Virus record (IMG/VR): IMGVR_UViG_2663763326_000008
Location: 1 to 50,429 of that record
Source of the DNA: a virus
Lineage: Duplodnaviria; Heunggongvirae; Uroviricota; Caudoviricetes
Strand: one strand, 5' to 3'
Length of the DNA: 50,429 nt
Part shown: piece after piece, positions 42,428 through 50,429 of the stretch
Layout: every line of letters starts with the position of its first letter
Position numbering within the stretch: position 1 is the first letter of the stretch
The notes under the pieces: generated by a model
The model's database searches: none
Told to the model about the DNA's origin: nothing
The model's input: the letters and a program-made list of their open reading frames with translations, nothing else
Position numbers and translations under genes: made by a program

Positions 42428-43309
42428 TCAACAAATTTTAATTTTTACATCCATCAAATTCATGATGAATTCTTTTTGCTTTCTTGATAATGGTGTTGCA
42501 TAACCTAAAACACGTAAACATGCTGGAAGAGAATAAATATAATCCAAAAAAACTTTATCGTTACATCTTTTTTTCATAGCAGAGATAAAGTATTTATTTG
42601 CTATGTTTAATGGCATCTGCATGAATATCTCTTTACAATATTCATAAACCAATCCGTTAGGCATATTTATTTTAGTTGAAGTGTAATCTTCTATTATAGC
42701 TAAGAACTCTTCCTTTCTAAGAACTGAAAACAAGCTGTCACTTTTAATATAATCAATATTTGAATCTGCCTCCTTAATGACACTCAATTGATCTTTTTTA
42801 TTCAAAACCATAACTCCCACTCTGGGGAGATTTAAAGCACAATATTTACTTGCATACTCTGGATGTGTAACTATATACACTTTATCAAAAACATCCAAAT
42901 AATCAGGGGCTTGAGTAATCAACCTTTTTGGTGAATCATACTCTGTCTTAATCTCGTAAGCTGTAGACGTACCATTAAACACCGCAACATCCACTATAGA
43001 GTTTTTAATTGGTAACTCTATGGACGACGAACTTGTTTTTGGGCTGTGCTTACCGAATATTATTTTATTGACAAGTGCTGTCTTATAAACATATTCATTT
43101 CTATAATTCAGACGCAAAAAATCATATAATGATGTAAATAAATCCCTTAGTGAAATCTCATGTTCATTATTATCATTGTTTGAAAACAGTGTTTCATAGC
43201 AGTAAGAATCAAAACTCCCAAATAAATCCGAAATATCCTTACCTTTTGCTAAGGATGAAAAAATGGGGCGACGGAAAAATTTAGCATATTCCTTTTTATT
43301 ATGACTCAT
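42428..43309 (-). CDS. Hypothetical 293-aa protein with PD-(D/E)xK-like nuclease motif, AT-rich cargo gene (first gene of operon)
   Basis: SSIELPIKNSIVDVAVFNGTSTAYEIKTEYD contains E...D...ExK spacing typical of restriction-endonuclease-fold nucleases. Confidence 0.55.
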   Translation of the reverse strand: MSHNKKEYAKFFRRPIFSSLAKGKDISDLFGSFDSYCYETLFSNNDNNEHEISLRDLFTSLYDFLRLNYRNEYVYKTALVNKIIFGKHSPKTSSSSIELPIKNSIVDVAVFNGTSTAYEIKTEYDSPKRLITQAPDYLDVFDKVYIVTHPEYASKYCALNLPRVGVMVLNKKDQLSVIKEADSNIDYIKSDSLFSVLRKEEFLAIIEDYTSTKINMPNGLVYEYCKEIFMQMPLNIANKYFISAMKKRCNDKVFLDYIYSLPACLRVLGYATPLSRKQKEFIMNLMDVKIKIC

Positions 43310-43988
43310 TACTCATACTCTATAAACATCATGCAATTTGATAAGTTATGACGAATTCTCACCATCCAGTTACTACCTGTACATACTAATCAAAAAAAAC
43401 GAGTACGCAAGATACGAAAGTACTTTTCTTGTTCACCAGTTAGCTTACCTTGATCCTCACCAGCGACTGGAAGATAGGTAGCAGTATATGTGGAAACCTT
43501 CCCCTAGCTAGGTCTACAAACGTAGTTTGGGCATTTAGGCTCCACGATTCACGGTTTGACACGGCCTGATATCTGCACATTCGTTTTGATATGCAGCAAT
43601 CGTGAAAAAGGAAAATATACGCTCGACAGACCAAAACGGCACTACACCGCACCCGCCTGCGGTTTTCATATCACTAAAAATTTTCAGCCTGGATTTTTTA
43701 CAAACGATACCGCCAGTCCGTGCCAGTCCTCGAGATGTACTGCGATACAGGAACTGAAAAGAATGAAAAGAAATTCATTTTTTTTCAGTTTTACTGTCCG
43801 TCGAATCTATGGCCTGAATACGCAACTCTATGATATTAAATGGATAATTAATTTTAGGTGTGTGATTTTATGAAGGTTTGTGAAACATGAAGAAGATAAC
43901 CAGTTGAAAAATAATAATTTTATGACCGTATAAACTGAAATCCTGTGTTCAGGTTCCGGGAACAGATCGGCCATTCCCGACGCATACT

Positions 43989-44261
43989 TTACCCATTCTT
44001 TTGCGCAGCCAGCAGCAACTTTAAAGCCTTTTCCCGTTCCTCGGGTGGAATTGCATCAATCAGCTCTTTAACCCTTCCCTGCCCGTTCAGCGCGCTTGGA
44101 CTAACGGAATGGGAGAAAGCAACATTCATCACAAACGAGTGACCGCACTCCACATTAGAGCAATAGCAGTACACATCGTACAGTTGTGGGTGTTTCCTGT
44201 TTGTTTTACCTATCCGTGCTACTGCCTGACATGTGGGGCAGTACATTCTCATCATCTTCAT
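43989..44261 (-). CDS. ogr: Ogr/Delta-family zinc-finger late-gene activator
   Basis: CPTCQ...(22 aa)...CYCSNVECGHSF matches the CX2C-X22-CX4C Ogr/Delta pattern of P2/P4. Confidence 0.75.
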   Translation of the reverse strand: MKMMRMYCPTCQAVARIGKTNRKHPQLYDVYCYCSNVECGHSFVMNVAFSHSVSPSALNGQGRVKELIDAIPPEEREKALKLLLAAQKNG

Positions 44262-44327
44262 CGTTCTGTGCCCTATACTGTTGCCCGCCAGAAGAAGGGA
44301 TTTGGATCCCTACCTCTTGTTCTGAAC

Positions 44328-44517
44328 GTGTAACACTGGTAACACGTGTAACGCTATTGATTTAAAAGGATTTAATCTGTTACCAGTTAGCAAAATCAAG
44401 AGGTAACGCGTGGTAACACACCATTTTTTGTTACCTCTGTTACCAGTCAGTATTTTTGACTGGTAACACTGAAGAACCGCATCAGTAACGGGTGTTACCT
44501 CTGTTACCAGTGTTACC
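44328..44517. repeat. Iteron array (about 12 copies of TGTTACC / GGTAACA in both orientations), crr/ori-like
   Basis: ctgttaccag, tgttacctc, tggtaacac, gtgtaacac repeated at short irregular spacing immediately downstream of alpha-like primase gene. Confidence 0.6.
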
Positions 44518-44543
44518 TCATAAAAATAAGACTCACGCGATAA

Positions 44544-47231
44544 TCACTCAGGTTCAGCGCTTCCCAGTACCTGTGTATTGAACTGGTACACACGTTTAAG
44601 CCCTATTTCTGGCAGGCGAATGCTGTTTTGCGTCCGGCCATCTTCACCGGGTTTCAGCCAGCCCGCGTCCACACACAACCTGGCCACCTTACGCGAGTCA
44701 AATCCCTTACAGATCTCCTTCCAGCCTGACGGGAGAACGTAGAACGTCACAACCGGCTCTGTCACGTTGTCTCCTTTATCGACTTTTCTGAATCCCATCA
44801 TTGAAACAGGCCGGTTCCTGTCGTCATTCCAGTCAGCAAACCGACTGAACTGATTACGCGTCATGAAGTCCCGAACCTGTTCAAGTGCCGCTTTATCTTC
44901 CTGATTAGCTGTATGGCCCCGGTCAGCCATCCATGCAGCCAGACAGCTTTGAGCGGCACGAAAGGCCTCTCCCTCCGGCCATCCTGTGATGCCCGCTTTT
45001 GTGGCCAGCTCCCCGGCCATCGCAACCAGAGCAAAACGGGTAACAGCCCGGCCAACCTGATTCCCGGCATTTTCCGGCGTCAGCCTTCGGGTATACTCTT
45101 TCAATAAGGCTTTCGCCTGACTGGTCAGTTCCGGCAGATCAGCGGTCAGGCAATACAGCCAGTCGCGGAATGGTGCACCATGATAATGCGCTACGTGCTG
45201 CTCAAGATGCTCAGCCAGGGTTTTCCCGCTACTGAAGCCATGAAGTTCTTCAAACACGCCATACTTGCCCGAATCGCTTGGGATCTGGATCATTCTGACC
45301 TCAACCCCGGCATACGTACGTTCCCCGGCGCTTGCCGCATGCTCTACCAGTGACAGTTCCCCGGTAGACAGAAACAACAGATTCCAGCGGTTGGTTTCCC
45401 TTACCGAACCATCTGTTCTGGCTCTGGCTTTGCCCTGCCCGTTAGCCAGCATATAAGCGATATTTCCCGCCTCCCTGCCGTCAACCTCCCGGATTTCATC
45501 CAGCATCAGCGTGGCATCATTGCGGCGGCTCGCCGTTCCTTCTAAGGCATTCCCCGTCGCCCGCCACGTATGCCAGAAATCTGTTCCACCACATACTGAT
45601 GCAGCCACTTTCATCGTCGTGGTTTTACCGTCTGTGGATTCCCCTTTGAGGTGATAACCTCCACCGCCGATACCAACCAGTTTCAGAAGGGGGGCAGCAA
45701 ATGCCAGACTCACCGCAAAGGCAAGACGGGCATTCTTTATGCAATAACGGCCTATATTTTCACGCCAGCCCTCTGATGTGCCGCTGACACGAAAATCACG
45801 CCCCTGCACACTCGATGTTTGTAAGATGACTGACTGGGCTTCGCGCCCTATCACTTCATCCTGGAGAACGTAAACCCCGCCGTGCCAGCCAGTTTTATTC
45901 ACACAGGTTACTTTTCTGTCCGGTTTACACAGCGAGATATATTCCATCAGGAATGCTCTGGCCATGCCGTTAATGTTGATGTAAGAAAGCCCGTTAACCA
46001 GCAGAACGCGGCGCAGTTCTTCCCCGCTACCGCCCAGCATCTCCATCGGCATTGCCCATTTACGGCTGTTTCCGTTGGTATCTTCCCATTCCAGCAAACG
46101 CCCGTAATTACTTCCATCAGCATCACTGGTGATTGCCGTCACCCGCAACGGACTGCAAATTTTGATATTACGTATCTCTGTATCACCATCAGACTTATTA
46201 ACCAGCTTGTCGTACCACAAATATTCTTTTGTCAGCCGGAACCCTTCTGGTAAACGGGTCTGCCCTTTGCCATGCAGCGTCATTTCTTCACGAAAGGCAT
46301 CTCTCGCCCGTTCTTTCCCCACTTCCTGCCGATAATCATCCCAGTCAGCCTTATGGCGTACCGGAGGGAGCGTTACCCAGCCATCCACCGCTTTGGCGGC
46401 TTTCTCTGCCTGAATACGCCCGGTGTTTTCTTTGCCGTCAGCCAGATCATTATCTCCGGCCAGAATGATCCGGGTTTCCGGCCAGCGTTTTCGGATCTGC
46501 TCCGTCACCTTCAGTAAATTGGTGGCAGCGACAGCCGCCACGATCCATCCTTCAGTCAGCAGACTGACGGTAAGCGCCGTGGCAAAACCCTCAGTGATAA
46601 TCACCTGTTCAGGTGTTTCAGCGGGTATATCGGTCAGGGCAATGAATGCGCCAGACAGCTGGCTACCGGGCAGCAGACTTTTATCCCCGTCAGGATTGAT
46701 AAGCTGGCCACCAGTAATATTCCCGGAAATATCCGTCAAAGGCAGCAGTAATGAACCGGTGGAAAATGTTATTCCGGCCAGATTCAAAGGCTGTGACAGC
46801 AAGGGAAGTGAATACCCGTGTAAGCTCTTATTTGTCAGATAGACCGGCTCACCATTGCAGGACTGCTGTCTGAGTCTGGTATATCGCTCCGCGCCCGCTT
46901 CTTTTCCTGCGGCCTTTTTCCTGGCTGGCAATGCGGGCTTCTCCTGTATTTCTGGTAATGCAAGCGCCTCAGATACCATCCCGGCGACTTCTTTTATCTT
47001 TCTTCCTGTCACCAGACGAACCAGATCAAGACCATCGCCATGACCGCACTGATTACAAAACCACGTCCCTCGCCCCGCTTTATCGTCCAGTCGAAAACGA
47101 TCTTTTCCACCACAGGCAGGGCAAGCCCCATGATGTCCTGCGGACGGTACTTTAATACCTAATGCTGACAGGATATAAGGCCAGCGCCCAATTGCAGCTC
47201 CGGAAATCGTGGATACAGACGGTGTTTTCAC
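44544..47231 (-). CDS. Primase-helicase (P4 alpha-like replication protein)
   Basis: 895 aa; N-terminal zinc-ribbon CPACGGKDRFRLDD...WFCNQCGHGDG, central toprim-like region, Walker A GESTDGKTT. Confidence 0.85.
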   Translation of the reverse strand: MKTPSVSTISGAAIGRWPYILSALGIKVPSAGHHGACPACGGKDRFRLDDKAGRGTWFCNQCGHGDGLDLVRLVTGRKIKEVAGMVSEALALPEIQEKPALPARKKAAGKEAGAERYTRLRQQSCNGEPVYLTNKSLHGYSLPLLSQPLNLAGITFSTGSLLLPLTDISGNITGGQLINPDGDKSLLPGSQLSGAFIALTDIPAETPEQVIITEGFATALTVSLLTEGWIVAAVAATNLLKVTEQIRKRWPETRIILAGDNDLADGKENTGRIQAEKAAKAVDGWVTLPPVRHKADWDDYRQEVGKERARDAFREEMTLHGKGQTRLPEGFRLTKEYLWYDKLVNKSDGDTEIRNIKICSPLRVTAITSDADGSNYGRLLEWEDTNGNSRKWAMPMEMLGGSGEELRRVLLVNGLSYININGMARAFLMEYISLCKPDRKVTCVNKTGWHGGVYVLQDEVIGREAQSVILQTSSVQGRDFRVSGTSEGWRENIGRYCIKNARLAFAVSLAFAAPLLKLVGIGGGGYHLKGESTDGKTTTMKVAASVCGGTDFWHTWRATGNALEGTASRRNDATLMLDEIREVDGREAGNIAYMLANGQGKARARTDGSVRETNRWNLLFLSTGELSLVEHAASAGERTYAGVEVRMIQIPSDSGKYGVFEELHGFSSGKTLAEHLEQHVAHYHGAPFRDWLYCLTADLPELTSQAKALLKEYTRRLTPENAGNQVGRAVTRFALVAMAGELATKAGITGWPEGEAFRAAQSCLAAWMADRGHTANQEDKAALEQVRDFMTRNQFSRFADWNDDRNRPVSMMGFRKVDKGDNVTEPVVTFYVLPSGWKEICKGFDSRKVARLCVDAGWLKPGEDGRTQNSIRLPEIGLKRVYQFNTQVLGSAEPE

Positions 47232-47638
47232 AGCAGCACCTCCTGACCTTCCGGCTTCACAAATTCAAAACCTTCGGGTAGTTCGCCATCAGGTGCTCCG
47301 AAAATAATATCCCGGTAAACCTCACGCATCTCTGTGACACCAAAAACTGACAGGCGAATATTTTCTGACATAAAGCCTGGTTTAAGCATTTTTTCCAGTT
47401 TCTCTGCGGCCAGTATGCAACCAGCATCAGCCCCAAACTCATTCACCCACGGCATTTCAATATGGTAAATAATATTACTCACCACTTTTTCGTGGGAGAG
47501 TTCTATTCGTTCGCCATCTTCAATATAAACAGGTTCATTATGAACACGCACCATTAAGGAAATGAATGCATCAGCAATGTAGTAGCGTAAGACTGCTGTT
47601 CGTAAAGCATGCGCCTTTAAATTTTGATTATTATTCAT
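47228..47638 (-). CDS. Hypothetical protein upstream of alpha (operon)
   Basis: 136 aa; ATGA-type overlap with alpha start. Confidence 0.4.
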   Translation of the reverse strand: MNNNQNLKAHALRTAVLRYYIADAFISLMVRVHNEPVYIEDGERIELSHEKVVSNIIYHIEMPWVNEFGADAGCILAAEKLEKMLKPGFMSENIRLSVFGVTEMREVYRDIIFGAPDGELPEGFEFVKPEGQEVLL

Positions 47639-47867
47639 CGCGCATCACTCCCTTAATTGTGCTGGTTTCCTTAACAACGCCATCCAGTTGTTCGGCAATA
47701 CAGGCCACTAAAGCCGCAGCGCCTTCCGCTGAAACAGTTCTCGCTCCATTCACTGTGGGCACGGACAAGACCTCTGCAAGAAACTCACTGGCCAGTGCCG
47801 CCCGTAACAGACGACTCTCCCCCTGTTCACTCAATATGCAGCCTTGCTTAAAATTCATGGATTTCAT
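47631..47867 (-). CDS. Hypothetical protein
   Basis: 78-aa ORF overlapping next gene. Confidence 0.35.
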   Translation of the reverse strand: MKSMNFKQGCILSEQGESRLLRAALASEFLAEVLSVPTVNGARTVSAEGAAALVACIAEQLDGVVKETSTIKGVMRDE

Positions 47868-48496
47868 GCAACCACCTCCCCGGCTCTTTTCACAGGGATA
47901 CGGGCAGCAAAGCTCAGGATAAATTCAGTGGCAAGTTTAAGGCGTGCAGCATGCTCGCATTCTGCGATTACACGCACAGGGCGTGGACGGGCATCACGGT
48001 CTGTACGGCGGACAGCCAGAAAGACAAAGGTAAATTCAGGGTGAGATAAAGCAGGGACTGTAGCCATAATGGCAACCTCCTTCAGATAGCGGGTAACGCT
48101 ACCACCGGAGTTCCTACGCTCATGGGTGGTAGCCCAGACGGGGGTAGGAATACCGGCTCTGAAGGATACCGGCCAGCCCGAAAGCTGCCCCGCCTGGACT
48201 ACCATAATTCTGATGATGTGGCGTAAAAAATAAAAAAATACAATCAGCCACCACACCATAAATTTTAGGTGAGTCAAAGCTGCGACACAAAAAAACACGC
48301 CTAGCGCGTGTAGTATCGCCTTCAGATAACACGGGTTCCTACGCCCGGCTGCCGATTTTGCGGCAACCTTTAAACTATATCCCGCGCATTCCTGGTGAGG
48401 CAAGAAATTTATAACCGAAAACTGATCATTGCCTGGATTAATTAACGCTGGCATGCTTAAGCCTCTGCTTAAAAATAGTTCTTCATTTTTCCTGAT

Positions 48497-48528
48497 GCTG
48501 TAAACGAGACCCGCCTCTGAGCGGGTCT
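48497..48528. terminator. Putative terminator hairpin downstream of capsid gene
   Basis: agacccgc-ctctga-gcgggtct perfect 8-bp stem followed by ttctgt; directly after capsid stop. Confidence 0.35.
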
Positions 48529-48541
48529 TTCTGTCGCTAAG

Positions 48542-49546
48542 TCAATCCGCAAACGTCAGGGTGCACTCATCAACAGCCGCGTACAGTTCAGGTTCACCGA
48601 GTGCATAACCTTCATTGCGCAGGTAGGAATGCACGTATTCACTGCTTTCATCATCAAACTCAGCACGAAACCAGCGTGTTATCGCCTGAGTGTAAATATG
48701 CAGATTATCCAGCGTCGTTACTGCCAGACGCTTACCCGGCATAAACGGGGGAATAAACGCAAAGCGGCCAGCAACAGAACTTGTAGCCATCTGTGCCGCA
48801 TTCACATCAGACGGGCGGTCTGCGGCATTAAATAACTTCAGGCGTTGATGTGCTGCCAGCTCTGCCCCAACCAGTACAACCAGACGAGGATCTTCACGAA
48901 ACTGCTCAGCAATAAGCTCTGTAATCAGATGGTTGGCCAGAGCATCAATATTTTTCCAGGTGCCAGTCTCTCCCAGAGTGACAGGCTCAGAGATGATTTG
49001 CTTTCCGTTCCCGTAGGCTTTCGCCAGTGCATGCCAGCCAATATTGACATCCTCGCCTTTTTTATTGATTTCCGGGTTTGTAGTATTTGCAATCGACACA
49101 CCGTTGAAACCGACCCGCAGCATGTCCAGCGCATATGCCTGGGCAAAAAAGCTCTCAACCGTTTTCTCAAACTCATCCGGCACGCCGGTATGGTAAATAT
49201 GAGACATATCGGAATAGCTGATCCGGGCGCAGGTATCCGTCTCTGTCAGAAAGAACTCCGTACCATTGATTGCCATTTTTTTGTGGAAACGGCCACCATC
49301 CACACGTCCGGTATACAGTTCACTGGCACCAATATTGACGGCATTACCTGACACGGCGTTAACATCACGTAGGGTAATATTTTTAATAAGCCACCCGGAT
49401 TCCAGAATTGAGGTACGCAGTATATTTTCAGTAGGTTCGCTTAATGCAAAGCGTCTGTTTGATTCTTCCTGATAGTTAGTGCCAGTGACGAATTTATTAT
49501 GATAACGACGTGCTGCGTCCGGCCTTTCAGTTTTGAAGGCATACAT
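48542..49546 (-). CDS. Major capsid protein, P2 gpN-like
   Basis: 334 aa; VGFNGVS, EDPRLVVLVGAEL and LDNLHIYT resemble P2 gpN AGFNGVK, EDPDLVVIVGRQL, LENLSIYY from memory. Confidence 0.65.
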   Translation of the reverse strand: MYAFKTERPDAARRYHNKFVTGTNYQEESNRRFALSEPTENILRTSILESGWLIKNITLRDVNAVSGNAVNIGASELYTGRVDGGRFHKKMAINGTEFFLTETDTCARISYSDMSHIYHTGVPDEFEKTVESFFAQAYALDMLRVGFNGVSIANTTNPEINKKGEDVNIGWHALAKAYGNGKQIISEPVTLGETGTWKNIDALANHLITELIAEQFREDPRLVVLVGAELAAHQRLKLFNAADRPSDVNAAQMATSSVAGRFAFIPPFMPGKRLAVTTLDNLHIYTQAITRWFRAEFDDESSEYVHSYLRNEGYALGEPELYAAVDECTLTFAD

Positions 49547-49568
49547 AGTTTTTCACCTTTTTAAGTAT

Positions 49569-50429
49569 TTAAGAAAAGATTTTATTTTTGTACTCAGTAA
49601 CCAGATTGTATTTCATTACATGCTCAACATAATCCCGGTCACTTACGACTGAACGTAATACATAATTATCTGCTCGATAGTACTCCCTGTAAGCCATAGC
49701 TCTTGCCATTCCACCGTTATTTAATACATAACGATCAGTTGGAACGCTACAACGACTAATAATTTCACTCACGGAATCAGATAAAGACTTGAGTGCATCA
49801 GTAATAAATTTAATATCACGGACAACGTCACTGTCATTAAATACAGAAATAAAATCAGCAGGGATCTGGCCGGATTGAGGAAATATATTCAGTAAACGCT
49901 TATCGATTCCCTTCCCAATGTAGTTTCCTTCATCGGCCAGTACTCCCGGCAAAAGCTTGATCGTGCTCAATCGACTATGTTGTTCATTCAACCGGGAAAC
50001 AGCCAGATGGTAATACCGTTCAGCATCCGCTCGTTCAGCATGCCCCATTTTATTCGTTTTGGCTTCAGCAATGCTACTGACGCCGTTTTTTGAGAATGTG
50101 CTTTTCCATGCAACTTCCGCATTTGTCACTTCACGCTGCCGGAAAGATAACTCTTCCTCTTCCTGACGACACAACTGGGCATAACGGCTCAGGAGCAGGT
50201 TGATCTCATTCGCCACAGTTTCCGTATCAGGTACTGTTAACCCCGTAAGTGAATACAGCTTTTCACCTTTAGCTCGCAGCTTATTCAGTGAATATATTTC
50301 AATAATACGCACAATACAGGCCGTGTCGCTATGAGTCTCTTTAAATGATCTTACTTTGTAACTATCTAACACCGACACATGTTCGTTCTTAATTGATGCC
50401 AATTTCTTCTTAAAAACATTGTCAACCAT
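49569..50429 (-). CDS. Putative capsid scaffolding protein (P2 gpO-position)
   Basis: 286 aa directly upstream of gpN-like gene on same strand (P2 gpO is about 284 aa); no sequence match confirmed; ATG at last base of window. Confidence 0.4.
   Translation of the reverse strand: MVDNVFKKKLASIKNEHVSVLDSYKVRSFKETHSDTACIVRIIEIYSLNKLRAKGEKLYSLTGLTVPDTETVANEINLLLSRYAQLCRQEEEELSFRQREVTNAEVAWKSTFSKNGVSSIAEAKTNKMGHAERADAERYYHLAVSRLNEQHSRLSTIKLLPGVLADEGNYIGKGIDKRLLNIFPQSGQIPADFISVFNDSDVVRDIKFITDALKSLSDSVSEIISRCSVPTDRYVLNNGGMARAMAYREYYRADNYVLRSVVSDRDYVEHVMKYNLVTEYKNKIFS

Larger units (their letters stand above)
40301..50429. mobile_element. P4/P2-related satellite-like segment (integrase, cargo operon, Ogr/Delta, iterons, alpha primase-helicase, P2-type capsid and scaffold); continues beyond window
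   Basis: Co-occurrence of P4 alpha-like primase, downstream iteron array, Ogr/Delta zinc finger and gpN-like capsid gene; boundaries and ownership of the integrase uncertain. Confidence 0.5.

Noticed and set aside
43310-43988. P2/P4 cos site (GGCGAGGCGGGGAAAGCAC) and ORFs 43440..43652 and 43556..43873
   Set aside because: Cos 19-mer not found by eye in this spacer; the two ORFs overlap each other on opposite strands in non-coding-looking sequence.
44328-44517. Possible CRISPR array
   Set aside because: Repeat units are only 7-9 bp, occur in both orientations with irregular spacing, and no cas genes are nearby; interpreted as replication iterons.
44861-46842. Multiple 60-139-aa ORFs within the alpha primase gene
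   Set aside because: All lie inside the 895-aa primase-helicase ORF with clear motifs; GC-rich sequence produces long spurious ORFs.
47864-48454. 196-aa ORF between the capsid gene and the alpha operon
   Set aside because: Mostly runs through an AT-rich, homopolymer-containing region with no coding character; at most a short C-terminal segment (about 67 aa) could be a real gene.

Overview
The window is dominated by one mosaic lambdoid prophage (about 1.3-40.1 kb) followed by a P4/P2-related satellite-like segment (about 40.3-50.4 kb). The prophage combines a lambda-type immunity region (cI, cro, cII, OR, OL/pL, nutL/nutR, N), lambda-type nin genes and S-R-Rz/Rz1 lysis cassette, with a P22-like morphogenesis block (terminase, portal, scaffold, coat, gp4/gp10/gp26, ejection proteins, tailspike) and a P22 immI-like arc-ant/mnt module. 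Two paralogous P4-type integrases sit at 1-1158 and 40301-41476; which element each serves is unresolved. The right-hand segment carries an Ogr/Delta zinc-finger gene, an iteron array, a P4 alpha-like primase-helicase and P2-type capsid and scaffold genes. The two best candidates for an undescribed system are (a) an AT-rich two-gene operon at 41456-43309 lying between the integrase and the Ogr/alpha module, one protein carrying a PD-(D/E)xK-like motif, and (b) a single unrelated 311-aa gene at 31430-32365 in the slot where lambda carries rexAB. All family assignments are by eye and from memory of reference proteins; no searches were run. Hand-derived coordinates may be off by 1-2 nt: my base counting disagreed with the ORF track by one position in at least two places, so ORF-track coordinates were trusted where available.
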